A stretch of DNA of 64,000 nucleotides from Herbaspirillum sp. (GTDB lineage Bacteria; Pseudomonadota; Gammaproteobacteria; Burkholderiales; Burkholderiaceae_D): NCBI GenBank assembly GCA_028291765.1, contig JAQGNR010000009.1, positions 3,223 through 67,222 on the forward strand, read 5' to 3'. Position numbers and translations under genes: made by a program. Positions within the stretch are counted from its first letter, which is position 1; every line of letters begins with the position of its first letter. Positions 29,048 to 39,594 of this stretch are shown in pieces. The notes under the pieces were generated by a model, which searched no databases, had not been told where the DNA came from, and saw only the letters and a program-made list of their open reading frames with translations.

Positions 29048-30034
29048 CTATCGATTCATAATATCGCGAACTATCCCTCTGACACCTCTTGAAAATTTTC
29101 GATAACGCCCAGTACGCACCTCATTTAACACCGCGTAAAAGCGTTGCACCGGATTTTTCGGCAGTGAAGATCGAACTCTGGAATGGGCTAATGCACTTTG
29201 CATCACGGCCAAATTGGCAGGAGACAGCATGTGCCGAGCGCTCAAACGTTCGAATAACACATTAAATCGTCCAGCATGCTTCTCCTGAAACTCCCCAGGC
29301 AAGAAACACATCAAACGCCAGAAGAGCTTAATACATTGCAAGAAACCCGGTATTTGTATGCCCACCGCGTTACGACCATGTTGACGGTATTGAATCAACA
29401 AGCCATCCATGAGCACAATCTTTCCCTTTGCCGCCGCCGTAATGGCTAGCCATTCATCATGTAGCCAATTATCGGGAAACGGTAACGCCAAATCCAGCAA
29501 ACTACGCCGGAAGGCCACGGTCGCACCGGTCACGAGATTGCGACGGCATAATACGGAAAAGGCATCGCCGTTATGCATGCGATTACGCTCGTCTTCGGAT
29601 AAACGCAAGGCTTCAAACAAAGAAATTTTTAAATCTCGTGCATCTTGATCCACCAACTTTGCATCGGTATTAATCAATAGCACGTCAGAATCTGATTCGA
29701 ACATTCTTGCCAATTCATCGATCTTTTCAGGAAGCCATATATCGTCTTGGTCACATAAAAAAATCAACTCTGTATCCAGCGCAGAAACTGCCGCCTCAAA
29801 ATTGCGCACAATGCCCATTCGTCGAGAATTCCGATGCACAAGAACAGACAACGGTGCGCGATGTGCCCACTCTTGCAAAAATTCCCAGGTACCATCATCA
29901 GATTCATCATCAAAGATTACAATTCGATCAGGTAGGCGTTTCTGGGCTAAAAGACTTTCCAACTGATCAGAAAGATAAGCAATCCCATTAAAGGTACAAA
30001 GCGCCACACCTGAGGTAAGTGAATATTTAGTCAT
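29048..30034 (-). CDS. Glycosyltransferase family 2
   Basis: Contains GVALCTFNGIAYLSDQLESLLAQ...IVIFDDESDDGT and CDQDDIW. It belongs to the same subfamily as the 9.1-kb and 17.5-kb GT2 genes. Confidence 0.8.
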   Translation of the reverse strand: MTKYSLTSGVALCTFNGIAYLSDQLESLLAQKRLPDRIVIFDDESDDGTWEFLQEWAHRAPLSVLVHRNSRRMGIVRNFEAAVSALDTELIFLCDQDDIWLPEKIDELARMFESDSDVLLINTDAKLVDQDARDLKISLFEALRLSEDERNRMHNGDAFSVLCRRNLVTGATVAFRRSLLDLALPFPDNWLHDEWLAITAAAKGKIVLMDGLLIQYRQHGRNAVGIQIPGFLQCIKLFWRLMCFLPGEFQEKHAGRFNVLFERLSARHMLSPANLAVMQSALAHSRVRSSLPKNPVQRFYAVLNEVRTGRYRKFSRGVRGIVRDIMNR

Positions 30035-30257
30035 AAAATATAATCACTACAATTTTGACGACCGTATATCTTTATAACCAATAGCATCTCGGGACTTTTC
30101 CTCAATAAAAACAAACTCCATGTACGGAGACAGCAATCAATTCACGGACTAGCCACGGAGGGCAACGCTCGGCGAAAACGGCCATCCTATTAAAGTGCGC
30201 CTCGGCGAGCTAATTGCAGTTACTTGCTATCACCTGAGAAATTCAATGGAATACCTT

Positions 30258-31130
30258 TTAAATTTTCCTGGCAACAACAAGCCTTGATCCGCCTATAGGA
30301 AAATTGAAACCCATTTTAATAAGTACTAGCTCGACACTAAGTATTCGAAAAAAAAATGCATTTAGCCACGATGGAATTGTTAACTCTGCAGTGGAATCAA
30401 ATTGTTTGTCCGGTACTTTTTTCTGAAGAAATCTAGAAATCATCATGGCAGGAAGAAGTGATGTTATGAAAGACGTACTTTTGATCACGCGAAAACCTGC
30501 GGCCTCTATTTTTTGGAAGATGTCTGCGGCCGCATAACGTCGCTCATGCATAGCGTGCTCATCTGCATAACTCCACAGCCATGCATGCTGGGGAACAGTA
30601 AGCAACATCAAACCGTTGGGTTTTAGAGCTGTATACATCTGCGCGAGTACGTCCTGATCTTCCTTAATGTGTTCTAAAACGTCGAATGCGCCAATTACGT
30701 CAAATTCATTCTCGAAAGGAATGTTCCTGGCATCCATCTGCATAAACTTGGTAGCCGGCAAGCGCTCACTCGCAAAACCAAGACCCGCTATGAAAATTTC
30801 ACTTCCATACAACGTTGAATGAGGAAATTTTTTCGATATCCCGGACAAGACATATCCAGTGCCACAACCTATTTCCAGCAAGGATTTGAAATTTTTGCCG
30901 TATTTTTCAATCGCCCACATGAGCAACTTATTTCTGGATCGGAACCAAAAATTAGCTTCTTCTAAATGAGCAAGCCGTGAAAAATAGCTTGACTTAAACC
31001 CACCTCCCCCATGAGCGTAGTCTGGCGCATAGGATTCAAAACCATCCAAACGGACCGGGGCGAAATCACAGACGGGGCAGTTGCATATTGAAGATGCGTA
31101 ACATGCATTGCAGGAAAGGCAACGTTTCAT
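30258..31130 (-). CDS. Class I SAM-dependent methyltransferase with N-terminal Cys4 ribbon
   Basis: Contains MKRCLSCNACYASSICNCPVCDF, LLEIGCGTGY and FDVIGAFDVLEHI. Confidence 0.8.
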   Translation of the reverse strand: MKRCLSCNACYASSICNCPVCDFAPVRLDGFESYAPDYAHGGGGFKSSYFSRLAHLEEANFWFRSRNKLLMWAIEKYGKNFKSLLEIGCGTGYVLSGISKKFPHSTLYGSEIFIAGLGFASERLPATKFMQMDARNIPFENEFDVIGAFDVLEHIKEDQDVLAQMYTALKPNGLMLLTVPQHAWLWSYADEHAMHERRYAAADIFQKIEAAGFRVIKSTSFITSLLPAMMISRFLQKKVPDKQFDSTAELTIPSWLNAFFFRILSVELVLIKMGFNFPIGGSRLVVARKI

Positions 31131-31558
31131 AATCCATCCATATTTGATGCCTTGTTATCCGCAAAAACGAAAAATTTAAACGCAATGAAGAGAAAACTGG
31201 CCACGACGAAAATGGCCGAGACCTGAACCCATTGGTGTGCATAACCCAATTCATCAACGAAAATAATTAGGATAGCTAGATTAATACAATAGCCAAGAAA
31301 ATGAGCCATAAAGTAGCGAATACCCGAACCAAGCGCGCTTCCTTTGTGTGTAAAAGTCAGGCTACGGTTACCCACGTAGCCAATTGCAGCGCCGATTCCA
31401 TAGAGGAGTGTCATCGCAACTTTAGGCGCCACGCCAAGATAGGTGAGCAGCAAATAAACCAGATAACCGGCCGAGTTACTCACGATGCCGACGAGGGCAT
31501 AGCGGGTCAACTGTACGAATGAGTTTTTGGCTCTCTCAGCCATAGGAAAATTACTCAT
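31127..31558 (-). CDS. GtrA-family membrane protein
   Basis: A 143-aa protein, FVQLTRYALVGIVSNSAGYLVYLLL..., with four hydrophobic segments. It has an ATGA overlap with the downstream methyltransferase. Confidence 0.75.
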   Translation of the reverse strand: MSNFPMAERAKNSFVQLTRYALVGIVSNSAGYLVYLLLTYLGVAPKVAMTLLYGIGAAIGYVGNRSLTFTHKGSALGSGIRYFMAHFLGYCINLAILIIFVDELGYAHQWVQVSAIFVVASFLFIAFKFFVFADNKASNMDGL

Positions 31559-31664
31559 GCGCCAAGGCCTCCAGACCGAAACTCATTCTGCCATTGCCGA
31601 ACATATAGCGTTGGTCTCTATGGTCACAAACGAATGAGTATTCTGTCATCTCTGAGTTCCCCCA

Positions 31665-33278
31665 TCAATCAGATCGGCGGAGAAGCATAATCTGGTCAAT
31701 GTGTGAGATTTCTTTATAACCGGCCGCCCATACTTTGTCAGCTACGCATTTTTGTAACTGCTTATAATCTGGTGATGCGCTAAAAATTTTAAATAGCGGA
31801 CCATCTGAACCGTTGTCAAAAGAGAGTAATAAATAATCACTTGTTCCAATTCCCATTGGGAACAGGGAAATCGGATTGTTATTCCTGAAGAGTTTCCAAG
31901 TATTAAATGGCGGAGTCTCCGCGACACTCGCACCTTTCGGTATAAGACCAACCAATTTATCAGCTCGCGCTGATTCGTATAAGTTCGAAGAAAGGATTGA
32001 CGGGACTACATAGAGGTCGTTAAGCGGCGTAAAAAGGCCCTCTTTTGCGTATTTGTAATCCCAGTCGATAGTTGGTCCATATGGATTTTGAAAACACATT
32101 ACAAAACAAACCAAGAACATAAAACACGCGGGAAGACAATGATAAAAGCTGAAGTTTTTTTCGAATGGCTCTCGATGACACCACTTATAAAAGCTCACGA
32201 CACCGACCAGCCCCGCATAGACGACGAAAGGAAAATAAAAACTATGATAGTGAGTAAGCCAACCATCTTTCTCGGCGCCACCAATTGACACAATCACATT
32301 AGGCACCAACGTAATTAATGCAATAAGTGCCACACGCCATTGAAAGATAATTGCTACTAATAGGAAAACCAGATTGAAGAGTATTAATTTAATCAGGCCA
32401 GGACGAAATATATTTGCCATGACCTTATTGAAAGACAAAAATGATTTATATGCCTCGTGATTATCAACATTATTTTGAAATAAAAGATAAATGCAGATAT
32501 ATATAAATAGACCTAACGAAATGCTCAATACAAAAAAGATATTTTTCTTTGGGACTCCTTTATATAAAATAAGGCTGCTCAATGAAAACAATAAAAGCAG
32601 AGCCGCCGCACGCTCATGAATTGACGTTCCCGCGACGACAATCAGTGCGATGCCAATCATTTGCGATCGGGTCAATGTTTCTCGCTTTACAATTGGTCCG
32701 TACAGCGACAATGCGTACCACAATGCAAGAGGCATGAAAAGTCGATCAAAATAGAACCATCCTGCGGATGCTATCCGCCACGCTGGGTGCGCACATAAAA
32801 CGATAACGAACAAAAAAGCAAGATAGCTGGGTATCTTGGCTTTACGCAAATATATGTACGAGATTAACGGCAAACCGACAAAGGAAAAAATGTTGACCAT
32901 TGCGGCTGTAAACTCAGGCCCGACAAAGTATGAAATCGCCGAAAGGGGATAAACAATCAAATATGCATGCCCTATTAGAACATTGTACGGATCCGAATTC
33001 GCAACCGCGGCAAAATCAAACGTACAATATTGCCTAATTGATGTCATTCCGAATAACGGGAATGCATTTAAAAATGCACGTATGGCAGATGTCGTAGGCA
33101 GTCCATTTTTTAAGGTGTTATCAATCACATCCAAAAAAAAGGCAGTATCAATATCACCTATTCCCTCCTTTGCTTTCCAAAAGGAATAGAGTCCTAAAAT
33201 TATACAAAGACATGCTAAAAATAAATAACTAAGTACATCGAAGAAAAGCCCGAAGGTGAAGACATTCCGTTTTTTCAT
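31665..33278 (-). CDS. Large polytopic membrane protein (DUF2079/GT-C-like candidate); start uncertain
   Basis: Very AT-rich and hydrophobic throughout. It has a DTAFFLDVIDNTLKNG loop after the first helix. The maximal ORF starts with TTG 33335; ATG options are 33299 and 33278. Confidence 0.55.
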   Translation of the reverse strand: MKKRNVFTFGLFFDVLSYLFLACLCIILGLYSFWKAKEGIGDIDTAFFLDVIDNTLKNGLPTTSAIRAFLNAFPLFGMTSIRQYCTFDFAAVANSDPYNVLIGHAYLIVYPLSAISYFVGPEFTAAMVNIFSFVGLPLISYIYLRKAKIPSYLAFLFVIVLCAHPAWRIASAGWFYFDRLFMPLALWYALSLYGPIVKRETLTRSQMIGIALIVVAGTSIHERAAALLLLFSLSSLILYKGVPKKNIFFVLSISLGLFIYICIYLLFQNNVDNHEAYKSFLSFNKVMANIFRPGLIKLILFNLVFLLVAIIFQWRVALIALITLVPNVIVSIGGAEKDGWLTHYHSFYFPFVVYAGLVGVVSFYKWCHREPFEKNFSFYHCLPACFMFLVCFVMCFQNPYGPTIDWDYKYAKEGLFTPLNDLYVVPSILSSNLYESARADKLVGLIPKGASVAETPPFNTWKLFRNNNPISLFPMGIGTSDYLLLSFDNGSDGPLFKIFSASPDYKQLQKCVADKVWAAGYKEISHIDQIMLLRRSD

Positions 33279-33913
33279 AGTTTTTGGAATTAGATACATG
33301 TATTCGTTAGGAAAATTGGGATAAGCTTCTTGCAACGATTATGATTGCCCGGTATTTAACTAGGCGCGGCTATTATGGTTCCGAGCAAAATTAAGGCGGT
33401 TCCCAAACGCCCTCCTAAAACTCATCAACTCGCTCAAAGGCGTCCGGTAGAAAAATCAATGGGTCAAAACAGTGAAATGAGAAATTTCAACTCACCCCAA
33501 GAGTAGGAGGAAGTAACCAAAATTGGCAATATGCCACATCAAAGCCAGCTCCCCATAAATTGTAAAAATGATCGCGGCAACGATATAAATGCAGTCCGGA
33601 AATCTATCATCATTTTCTTCTCGTACTGCTAGGCCAAAGCCAGTTTGCCTTATGGGCCGCCATTATAAAGCATGTAACGTCAGCCTTTATGATCGAATAT
33701 GAACGGTACTCGTATAACAATCGACGTTAGATGAGCGCATTTTTACAACAGGACTACAAATCCCGGGCAGTCAATTGCGGGAACAGTATAATCAAGCTAC
33801 AACAGTAAGATTTGCCGATTCGCAATTAATTATATGTAACCGTGAGCGATTAGTGGCTGATAATAATTAGCTATATTAAAATCGCCAATTATCTAAAAAA
33901 TACATATATCTCA

Positions 33914-34840
33914 ATGAAGCTTTCCGTTGTCGCAACGCTTTACCAATCCGCGTCGCATATTGCCGAGTTTTATCAACGGGCAAGTGCTGTTGCGAGCGAA
34001 TTTGCTGGATCAGAATATGAAATAATTTTAGTAAACGACGGATCAACTGACGATAGTCTTGCCCTTGCAGTGCATCTTACCGAAAGAGACAGTCATGTCG
34101 TTGTAGTTGATCTATCCCGTAACTTTGGCCATCACAAAGCCATGATGACCGGTCTCGCCCAAGCCAAGGGGCAAAATATTTTTCTGATTGATAGTGACTT
34201 GGAAGAGGAGCCAGAGTGGCTTTTCAACTTTGCCGAGCAGATGGAGCATGATAGAAGTGATGTTGTGTATGGAGTACAGGAAAAGCGTAAAGGTGGACTC
34301 TTCGAGCGTTGGAGTGGTTATTGGTTTTATAAGTTATTCAATTTCCTAACAGGGCTTTCTCTTCCGGAAAATACTGTTACTGCACGTTTGATGACATGCC
34401 GGTACGTAGACGCTCTGCTGCGTCATGAAGAACGCGAGGTCTTTATGGCCGGCCTTTGTTATATAACTGGTTTCAAGCAGACGTGTCATCTAATAAGAAA
34501 ACACAGCAACGCCCCGACAACTTACACCTTTAAACGAAAAATGGCGCTACTAGTTAATTCAGTAACGTCTTTTAGTAACCTGCCCCTAATAAGTATTTTC
34601 TATATGGGAGCAATCATTTTTCTGATTGCCGCAGTTTACATAGTATATCTAGTGGTTAATTGGTCTCTTCTGAATACTCCGTTAAGCGGCTGGACCTCGG
34701 TAATGGCTTCTATTTGGCTACTCGGAGGCCTGATAATGTCGTCCATCGGCGTAGTTGGCATATATCTTTCAAAAATATTTTCAGAAACGAAAAGGCGCCC
34801 TTACACTATTATTCGACAAACATTTGGGCGAACCAAATAA
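33914..34840 (+). CDS. GT2, polyprenyl-phosphate glycosyltransferase type (ArnC/GtrB-like) with two C-terminal TM helices
   Basis: Contains MKLSVVATLYQSASHIAEF...IILVNDGSTDDS, DLSRNFGHHKAM and DSDLEE, plus hydrophobic segments near the C-terminus. Confidence 0.8.
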   Translation: MKLSVVATLYQSASHIAEFYQRASAVASEFAGSEYEIILVNDGSTDDSLALAVHLTERDSHVVVVDLSRNFGHHKAMMTGLAQAKGQNIFLIDSDLEEEPEWLFNFAEQMEHDRSDVVYGVQEKRKGGLFERWSGYWFYKLFNFLTGLSLPENTVTARLMTCRYVDALLRHEEREVFMAGLCYITGFKQTCHLIRKHSNAPTTYTFKRKMALLVNSVTSFSNLPLISIFYMGAIIFLIAAVYIVYLVVNWSLLNTPLSGWTSVMASIWLLGGLIMSSIGVVGIYLSKIFSETKRRPYTIIRQTFGRTK

Positions 34841-34868
34841 TGCTGAAATTTTTGGGGTGTTATTTCAA

Positions 34869-36059
34869 ATGAAACGAATATTGATAGTTGCAGGCGGGGA
34901 ATGGCAAATACCTATTATTCGCAAGGCTAAAGAACTGGGTATTTTCGTTGTGAACACGAATCTCTACCCCGATTCAGCCGGATTTGAGTTTGCAGATATT
35001 GGCCTTGTCGCAAACGTGCTCGATAGAGACAAAAACCTGGAATATGCGAGGCAATATAACGTCGACGGTGTGATAACGGATCAAAGTGACATCGCAGTAA
35101 CAACAGTAGCATATGTTGCTGAACAGCTTGGTATTCATGGCATAGGCACTGCGACAGCTGAACTATTTACAAATAAGCATGAGATGCGGAAGTTTTGCCA
35201 ACGCAATAATTTTCCAACACCTGCATATGAATTGTGTCGGAATATAGCTGACGCTATTCGATTCGTTAGAACGCACGGATTTCCTGTTGTGATGAAGCCG
35301 CCCGCCAATCAGTCTAGCCGGGGAGTTGCAAAAGTTACCTCCAACGATGAGTTAGAACATGCTTATGAATCAGCTTTGTTGCAAAGTAACGATAAAACAG
35401 TACTGATTGAAAAGTTTATTGGTGGTACTGAGCTAACGGTGGATGGTATTCAACTAAATGCCGGTAGCCATTATTGTTTGGCGACGTCTTGTAAAACACA
35501 TTACGCACACAATGAAATGGTTGCCAATCAATTATGGTTTAGCCAACGTCATGAACAAATCGACTACCTGGCATTGCACGAACAACATAATCGCTTAGTT
35601 GAATCAATGGCTTTGCCATACGGGTTAACCCATGCTGAATACAAATATGATGAAGGGAAGCTTTATCTCATCGAAGTTGCTGCACGTGGCGGTGGAACAA
35701 GAATTTCATCTGACATTGTGCCTCTTATGAGCGGTATGGATAGCAATGCTCTATTAATAAGAATGGCACTTGGGGAAAAAATAAGCTCGATCGAACCAAT
35801 ATTTCCAGATCGGGTGGCAGTATTAGACTTTTTTGAGTTTAAGCCTGGTCATGTAAAGGTAATTAAGGGCATTGAGCGAGTGCGTAACATGACTGGTATC
35901 GTGACCATCGGGTTGAATATCAAAAAAGATGATGTTATCGCGCTAGCGTCGGATGACCGAACTCGACATGGGCATGTCGTCGCGTATGCGGACGCCCCCG
36001 CAACTCTGCGAAAATTATTAACTGAAGTACACCAAACGGTACAGGTTTATTATGAATAG
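34869..36059 (+). CDS. ATP-grasp domain ligase
   Basis: Contains MKRILIVAGGEWQIPIIRKAKELG, FPVVMKPPANQSSRGV, LIEKFIGGTE and LIEVAARGGG. The start is taken at ATG 34869 rather than the track start 34755. Confidence 0.8.
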   Translation: MKRILIVAGGEWQIPIIRKAKELGIFVVNTNLYPDSAGFEFADIGLVANVLDRDKNLEYARQYNVDGVITDQSDIAVTTVAYVAEQLGIHGIGTATAELFTNKHEMRKFCQRNNFPTPAYELCRNIADAIRFVRTHGFPVVMKPPANQSSRGVAKVTSNDELEHAYESALLQSNDKTVLIEKFIGGTELTVDGIQLNAGSHYCLATSCKTHYAHNEMVANQLWFSQRHEQIDYLALHEQHNRLVESMALPYGLTHAEYKYDEGKLYLIEVAARGGGTRISSDIVPLMSGMDSNALLIRMALGEKISSIEPIFPDRVAVLDFFEFKPGHVKVIKGIERVRNMTGIVTIGLNIKKDDVIALASDDRTRHGHVVAYADAPATLRKLLTEVHQTVQVYYE

Positions 36060-36855
36060 CGTCCCCATTTTTGACAGCCTTACGCACCCTTTCCCTAATG
36101 GCAATTGGTTTCATCCGGAATATGATGGGAAAAACACAATCCAGCATTTGCTTTCCACAATGGAGGAAAACAACGTCAAATGGGCTCTTGCAGTAGGAAT
36201 GGGATCCAAAGTAGGCGCCTATGAAGAAAAAACATATGTTTCTTTTGTCCGTCATCATGCCGCCAATTTATTTCCAATAGCCTTTTTTGATTTTGAAGTG
36301 CTTGATTCAGGTATATCGATTAAAGAATATCTGCAACGCTTAAAAGATTTGGGATATGTTGGAATCAAGATTCACCCTCGGATATCAAGTATCAACTTAT
36401 CGAATGCGTGGCTGCCGAATATAATAACTGAGGCGAACAAACTTAACCTGGCAATTCTTCTTTGCACTTATTTTTGGAGCAAAGACAAGAAACTTTGTTC
36501 CAATACTCCCGAACAATTACTTACCCTCTTGTGTGAGGTACCTAATGAAAAGTTAATTCTGGTACACGGGGGGGCCGTCAGATTACTTGAAGTCGCTGAA
36601 ATTGCGAGGCAATTTCGAGAGACCCTACTGGATTTATCTTTCACTATTTGTAAGTATGAAAGAAGCTCGATTGATCTCGATATTCGATTCCTCTTTGAGA
36701 AGTTTGATCTCCGACTATGTGTCGGATCGGATAGTCCTGAATTCGGCGCATCCAAATTAAGGGAGCGCTTTGAATTGTTAACTGAAGGTTTGGATGAGAC
36801 AAAGAAAAAAAATATTGGGTACCGAAATTTGCAAACTCATCTCGGAATCGGTTAG
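36052..36855 (+). CDS. Metal-dependent TIM-barrel amidohydrolase-2-like protein
   Basis: Contains IFDSLTHPFPNG..., GIKIHPR, LVHGG and VGSDSP. It overlaps the ATP-grasp stop by 8 nt. Confidence 0.6.
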   Translation: MNSVPIFDSLTHPFPNGNWFHPEYDGKNTIQHLLSTMEENNVKWALAVGMGSKVGAYEEKTYVSFVRHHAANLFPIAFFDFEVLDSGISIKEYLQRLKDLGYVGIKIHPRISSINLSNAWLPNIITEANKLNLAILLCTYFWSKDKKLCSNTPEQLLTLLCEVPNEKLILVHGGAVRLLEVAEIARQFRETLLDLSFTICKYERSSIDLDIRFLFEKFDLRLCVGSDSPEFGASKLRERFELLTEGLDETKKKNIGYRNLQTHLGIG

Positions 36856-36998
36856 TGTCTTTAATTCTACCTTCGGTTGACAGGAAAGATACGATCGAGC
36901 GTTATTCGTCGCAATATAAAAATTTAGTTATGACCTGGCCGGCTATTTCCAGACCAAAATAATCTAGAGATAATAGGCCCCTCGTATGAGGAGTGAGC

Positions 36999-37083
36999 AT
37001 GAAGAAGAGCTGATACAACGACGAGCAGATTGTCAGGATCTTGCGGGAAGCGGCGAGTGATGAAGTGAAGCGGCTCAAGGCGA
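36999..37083 (+). mobile_element. Relic of an IS3-family orfA (transposase N-terminus), internally deleted and interrupted by a stop
   Basis: Hand translation gives MKKS*YNDEQIVRILREAASDEVKRLKA, which resembles IS3/IS407 OrfA (MKKSR.TDEQI..ILREAE...EAKRLKALE) with the HTH core missing. Confidence 0.45.
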
Positions 37084-37489
37084 ATGGTCGCGCTATGAGG
37101 GTAGCGCTATCAATTTTCTAATCGATGATTTTTTGGAAATCAATCTGGATGAAAAATTTGACTTTGTCGTCGCATCCGGAATATTTAACCACCGCCTCAC
37201 CGAAGTAAATAATTACGATTTAATTGAAGCGACTATTGCTAAAGCACTTTGATTGAGTCGTGATGGCATTCCTTTTGATTTTCTTTCCGATAAGGTCGAT
37301 TATCAATTGGAACATACGTTTCACAGTTCGCCGGAGAAAATAATGGCCATTGCGTACAAGCATTCTCGGAATGTAATGCTCCGCAACGATTACATGCCAT
37401 TTGAGTTTTCTTTATTTATTTTTAAAGATGACTCATTCTCAAACGAAGATACGCTTTTTAACCGATTCAAAGCACATCCACATAAGTGA
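37082..37489 (+). pseudogene. 5'-truncated class I methyltransferase with an in-frame TGA
   Basis: Translation gives ...FDFVVASGIFNHRL...IAKAL*LSRDGIPFDFLSDKVDYQLEH.... The SAM motif I region is absent, and there is an in-frame stop at 37250-37252. Confidence 0.55.
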
Positions 37490-37516
37490 GCTTGAATTTT
37501 TTAAGGGATATAAAGA

Positions 37517-38221
37517 ATGGACTACGCTAGCGAAATACTTGATTTTTGTATTGAAAACCGTGTTTCAACTACTGAGTTGGCCGACGCACTCGGTAAATCA
37601 GGAGTACTACCGAAAGTTGGACCCGTTAATTTCGATCTGTACCGTGCGGGGCGTGTGCGCACCATATTTACTGCAAATAATTCCAACTATGCCGTACATG
37701 AACAAGTACGGGACGTTCAGAAAGGTGAAGTCGTCATCGTTTTTTCGCACCTATGCGACGGACGGGGAATTGTTGGGGATCTGATCGCCAAATATGCTTT
37801 GCTTTATAAAGGCGCGGCAGCAGTAATAGTGCAAGGTTTCATTAGGGATGCAGCGGAAATCAGGCGCCAGGGATATCCTGTTTGGTCTGAGGGAGTGTCA
37901 CCACTTGGATGTTTTAATATTCCAAGTGAGCCTTATCCTAAGGATCTTGAAGAAAAAATGAGAGCTATCTATGAGGGTGGAATAGCAGTTTGTGATGACG
38001 GTGGTGTCACGGTGATTCCTCCTGACAGATTAAACGCAGACATGTTGGCACGTTTGCAAAGAATAGAGATGCAAGAAGATATTTGGTTCTTCTGTCTTGA
38101 TACCTTGAAGTGGGATACCAAAAAAATTGTTTGTGATAAAGCTTATCTTACAGAACGAGATCTATTATCAAGCATACACATTGAACATTTGAGAGAATTA
38201 TCCCAGCCTCTCGATAAATAA
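37517..38221 (+). CDS. RraA/HMG-aldolase (demethylmenaquinone methyltransferase-like) family protein
   Basis: Contains TTELADALGKSGVL..., GEVVIVFSHLCDGRGIVGDLIAKYALLYKGAAAVIVQGFIRDAAEI and YPVWSEGVSP. Confidence 0.7.
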   Translation: MDYASEILDFCIENRVSTTELADALGKSGVLPKVGPVNFDLYRAGRVRTIFTANNSNYAVHEQVRDVQKGEVVIVFSHLCDGRGIVGDLIAKYALLYKGAAAVIVQGFIRDAAEIRRQGYPVWSEGVSPLGCFNIPSEPYPKDLEEKMRAIYEGGIAVCDDGGVTVIPPDRLNADMLARLQRIEMQEDIWFFCLDTLKWDTKKIVCDKAYLTERDLLSSIHIEHLRELSQPLDK

Positions 38222-38281
38222 ATAATATACACAGCCGTGCCGACACTGAATGGCACGGCATCAAGGGAGTAGTGAATCGCA

Positions 38282-39475
38282 ATGGATGACATTATATTTT
38301 CCGCTCTGTCGAAGGTTTGCCAATCCTACTCTGTGGCCTTTGCGGATTACGTGCGTGCTTGCGAAAAAAAAGGACAACGGATCGTAAAATTGCAGACGGG
38401 CGACCCCGATTTTCCGACTCATCCCAATATCATAAGTGCTGCCCATGATGCCTTGCTAAAAGGGGAGACCAAATATTGCGATAGCAGGGGACTATTTGAT
38501 TTACGTGGAGCTCTCGCCTCCAAGCTTCTAGCTGAAAACAATATTAAGTGCTCTGCTAACGACAATATACTTATCACGCACGGAGCGGTTCATGGCATAG
38601 GAATGGCGATACGCGCGCTTGTCAACCCAGGTGATGAATGCGTCATTATCGAGCCGTACTGGCGTGCATACGAGATGGATGTGATCCTCGCAGAAGGAAT
38701 ACCGATCATCGTGCAAACGACACCAAAAGACGGTTTCCAACTCGTGGCAGATAGGGTTATCGAGCGTTTTACGCCTCGAACCAAATTAATCATTCTCAAT
38801 ACACCCAACAACCCCTCTGGCGCCGTATATGGGGAAGCTGAACTTCGTAAATTGGTAACTGCTGCAGCTGCCCGTGGCATTTACGTAATATCCGATGAAG
38901 TCTATGAGTCAATAGTTTTTCAAGAATCCAAACATTTCAGCATAGCCTCGAATCCGGATGTATTTGACTGGGTTATTTCGGCTTTCAGTTTCTCAAAAAC
39001 ACACGCAATGACCGGCTGGCGCATTGGATACATTGTTGCAAGTAAGAACGTAATTGACGAAATCCTAAAACTGAGTCAATTTTCAGTAACTAGTCTTTCC
39101 CCTTTTACGCAAATGGCCGGGATAGCCGCATTACATGATCCGGAGGCTCAGAACCACGTCAAATTAATGCGAAATGAGTATGAAAAAAGAAGAGAAAGAA
39201 TTATTTTTTCTATAAATGGATCATGGCTAGAAGAAGCTATGATTCTGCCGCAAGGCGCTTTTTATTCCATGATTGATGTAACACGATTTGGACTCCCCTC
39301 CTTGGAATTGGCAAAAAAAATCGTAGATGTGACTAATGTATCGTTCACTCCAGGAATCGCTTTTGGTGACCGAATGGACGGCTATTTACGAATGTGTTTT
39401 GCAACGTCCGATGCCAATATTGATTGCGCGATTAATGCACTGCTTAATATCGAGAAATTATGGCGTTCAAATTGA
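38282..39475 (+). CDS. PLP-dependent aminotransferase, class I/II (aspartate aminotransferase fold)
   Basis: Contains LNTPNNPSGAVY and the SFSKTHAMTGWRIGY PLP-lysine motif. Confidence 0.85.
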   Translation: MDDIIFSALSKVCQSYSVAFADYVRACEKKGQRIVKLQTGDPDFPTHPNIISAAHDALLKGETKYCDSRGLFDLRGALASKLLAENNIKCSANDNILITHGAVHGIGMAIRALVNPGDECVIIEPYWRAYEMDVILAEGIPIIVQTTPKDGFQLVADRVIERFTPRTKLIILNTPNNPSGAVYGEAELRKLVTAAAARGIYVISDEVYESIVFQESKHFSIASNPDVFDWVISAFSFSKTHAMTGWRIGYIVASKNVIDEILKLSQFSVTSLSPFTQMAGIAALHDPEAQNHVKLMRNEYEKRRERIIFSINGSWLEEAMILPQGAFYSMIDVTRFGLPSLELAKKIVDVTNVSFTPGIAFGDRMDGYLRMCFATSDANIDCAINALLNIEKLWRSN

Positions 39476-39594
39476 AACGCCTTGCTACCTAAGACAAATT
39501 ACGAAGATTCGTGACGAAGTGCAGAAGATTCAATGGACAATAATCCGATTATAGTGCTCCAAAAAACGGCAGCCCAGAAATATTTACCGAGCAA

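Noticed and set aside
33480-33640. Minus-strand reading frame encoding a hydrophobic tail (…DDRFPDCIYIVAAIIFTIYGELALMWHIANFGYFLLLLG*) in the divergent intergenic region.
   Set aside because: The frame has no ATG, GTG or TTG at a sensible position upstream of the hydrophobic segment. It may be a gene remnant but cannot be supported as a CDS.
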